DNA from: Podarcis erhardii
Taxonomy: Eukaryota
DNA: 64,000 bases
Reading direction: 5' to 3' (one strand)
NCBI GenBank assembly: GCA_964252035.1
Contig: OZ176200.1
In this document: piece after piece, positions 63,736 to 64,000 of the stretch
Layout of the letters: each line of letters starts with the position of its first letter
Numbering within the stretch: the stretch's first letter is position 1
Notes under the pieces: model-generated
Database searches by the model: none
What the model was told of the DNA's origin: nothing
What the model saw: only the letters and a program-made list of their open reading frames with translations
Made by a program: the position numbers and the translations under genes

Positions 63736-64000
63736 ATACACACACCAGAAAGGTGTGCTTAGGTTTTTGTTTTCAATCACTTACTAAATGATCCCGTTTA
63801 TGTTTACTCAGAAGAAAGTCTCACTCTATTCAGTGGTGTTTGCTCCCAGGCACTCTCAGTGCATAGGACTGCAGCCTTAATGCTGTAAAAACTCTTTTGA
63901 GATCCATTGATGAAAGGTGTAGTGCAAGAACAAAGTATTATTCCTGCAGTGATCATATTCACTACTGGCTCTGAACTCTTGATGCCCATTTTATCTGTTC

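Overview
Eukaryotic, repeat-rich, AT-rich genomic DNA from a squamate reptile. Sauria SINE, Bov-B and lizard-type L2/CR1 elements point to a lacertid such as Podarcis (inference). I could not identify any host protein-coding gene or RNA gene, so the window looks intronic or intergenic, with only low-confidence candidate exons. Nearly all ORFs in the track are chance ORFs, LINE remnants or artefacts of GC-rich repeats. Well-supported content: five non-autonomous hAT-type elements with 8-bp TSDs, Tc1/mariner (Tigger-like) MITEs with TA TSDs, 5'-truncated LINEs (RTE, Bov-B, L1-clade, L2, CR1; several with readable TSDs), SINEs and microsatellites. Two structures stand out. (1) An 814-bp hAT element at 6935-7748 differs from its 168-bp sibling at 34901-35068 by about 645 bp of cargo. 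The cargo resembles a captured CpG-island promoter with a Kozak ATG (Pack-TIR-like). The element sits inside an RTE LINE and creates a chimeric ORF ending in poly-Glu. (2) A 2.4-kb composite hAT element at 13807-16206 is filled with two hairpin-built minisatellite arrays, a nested palindrome and one orphan end of a Tigger-like MITE. Family names come from recognition by eye, not database searches.
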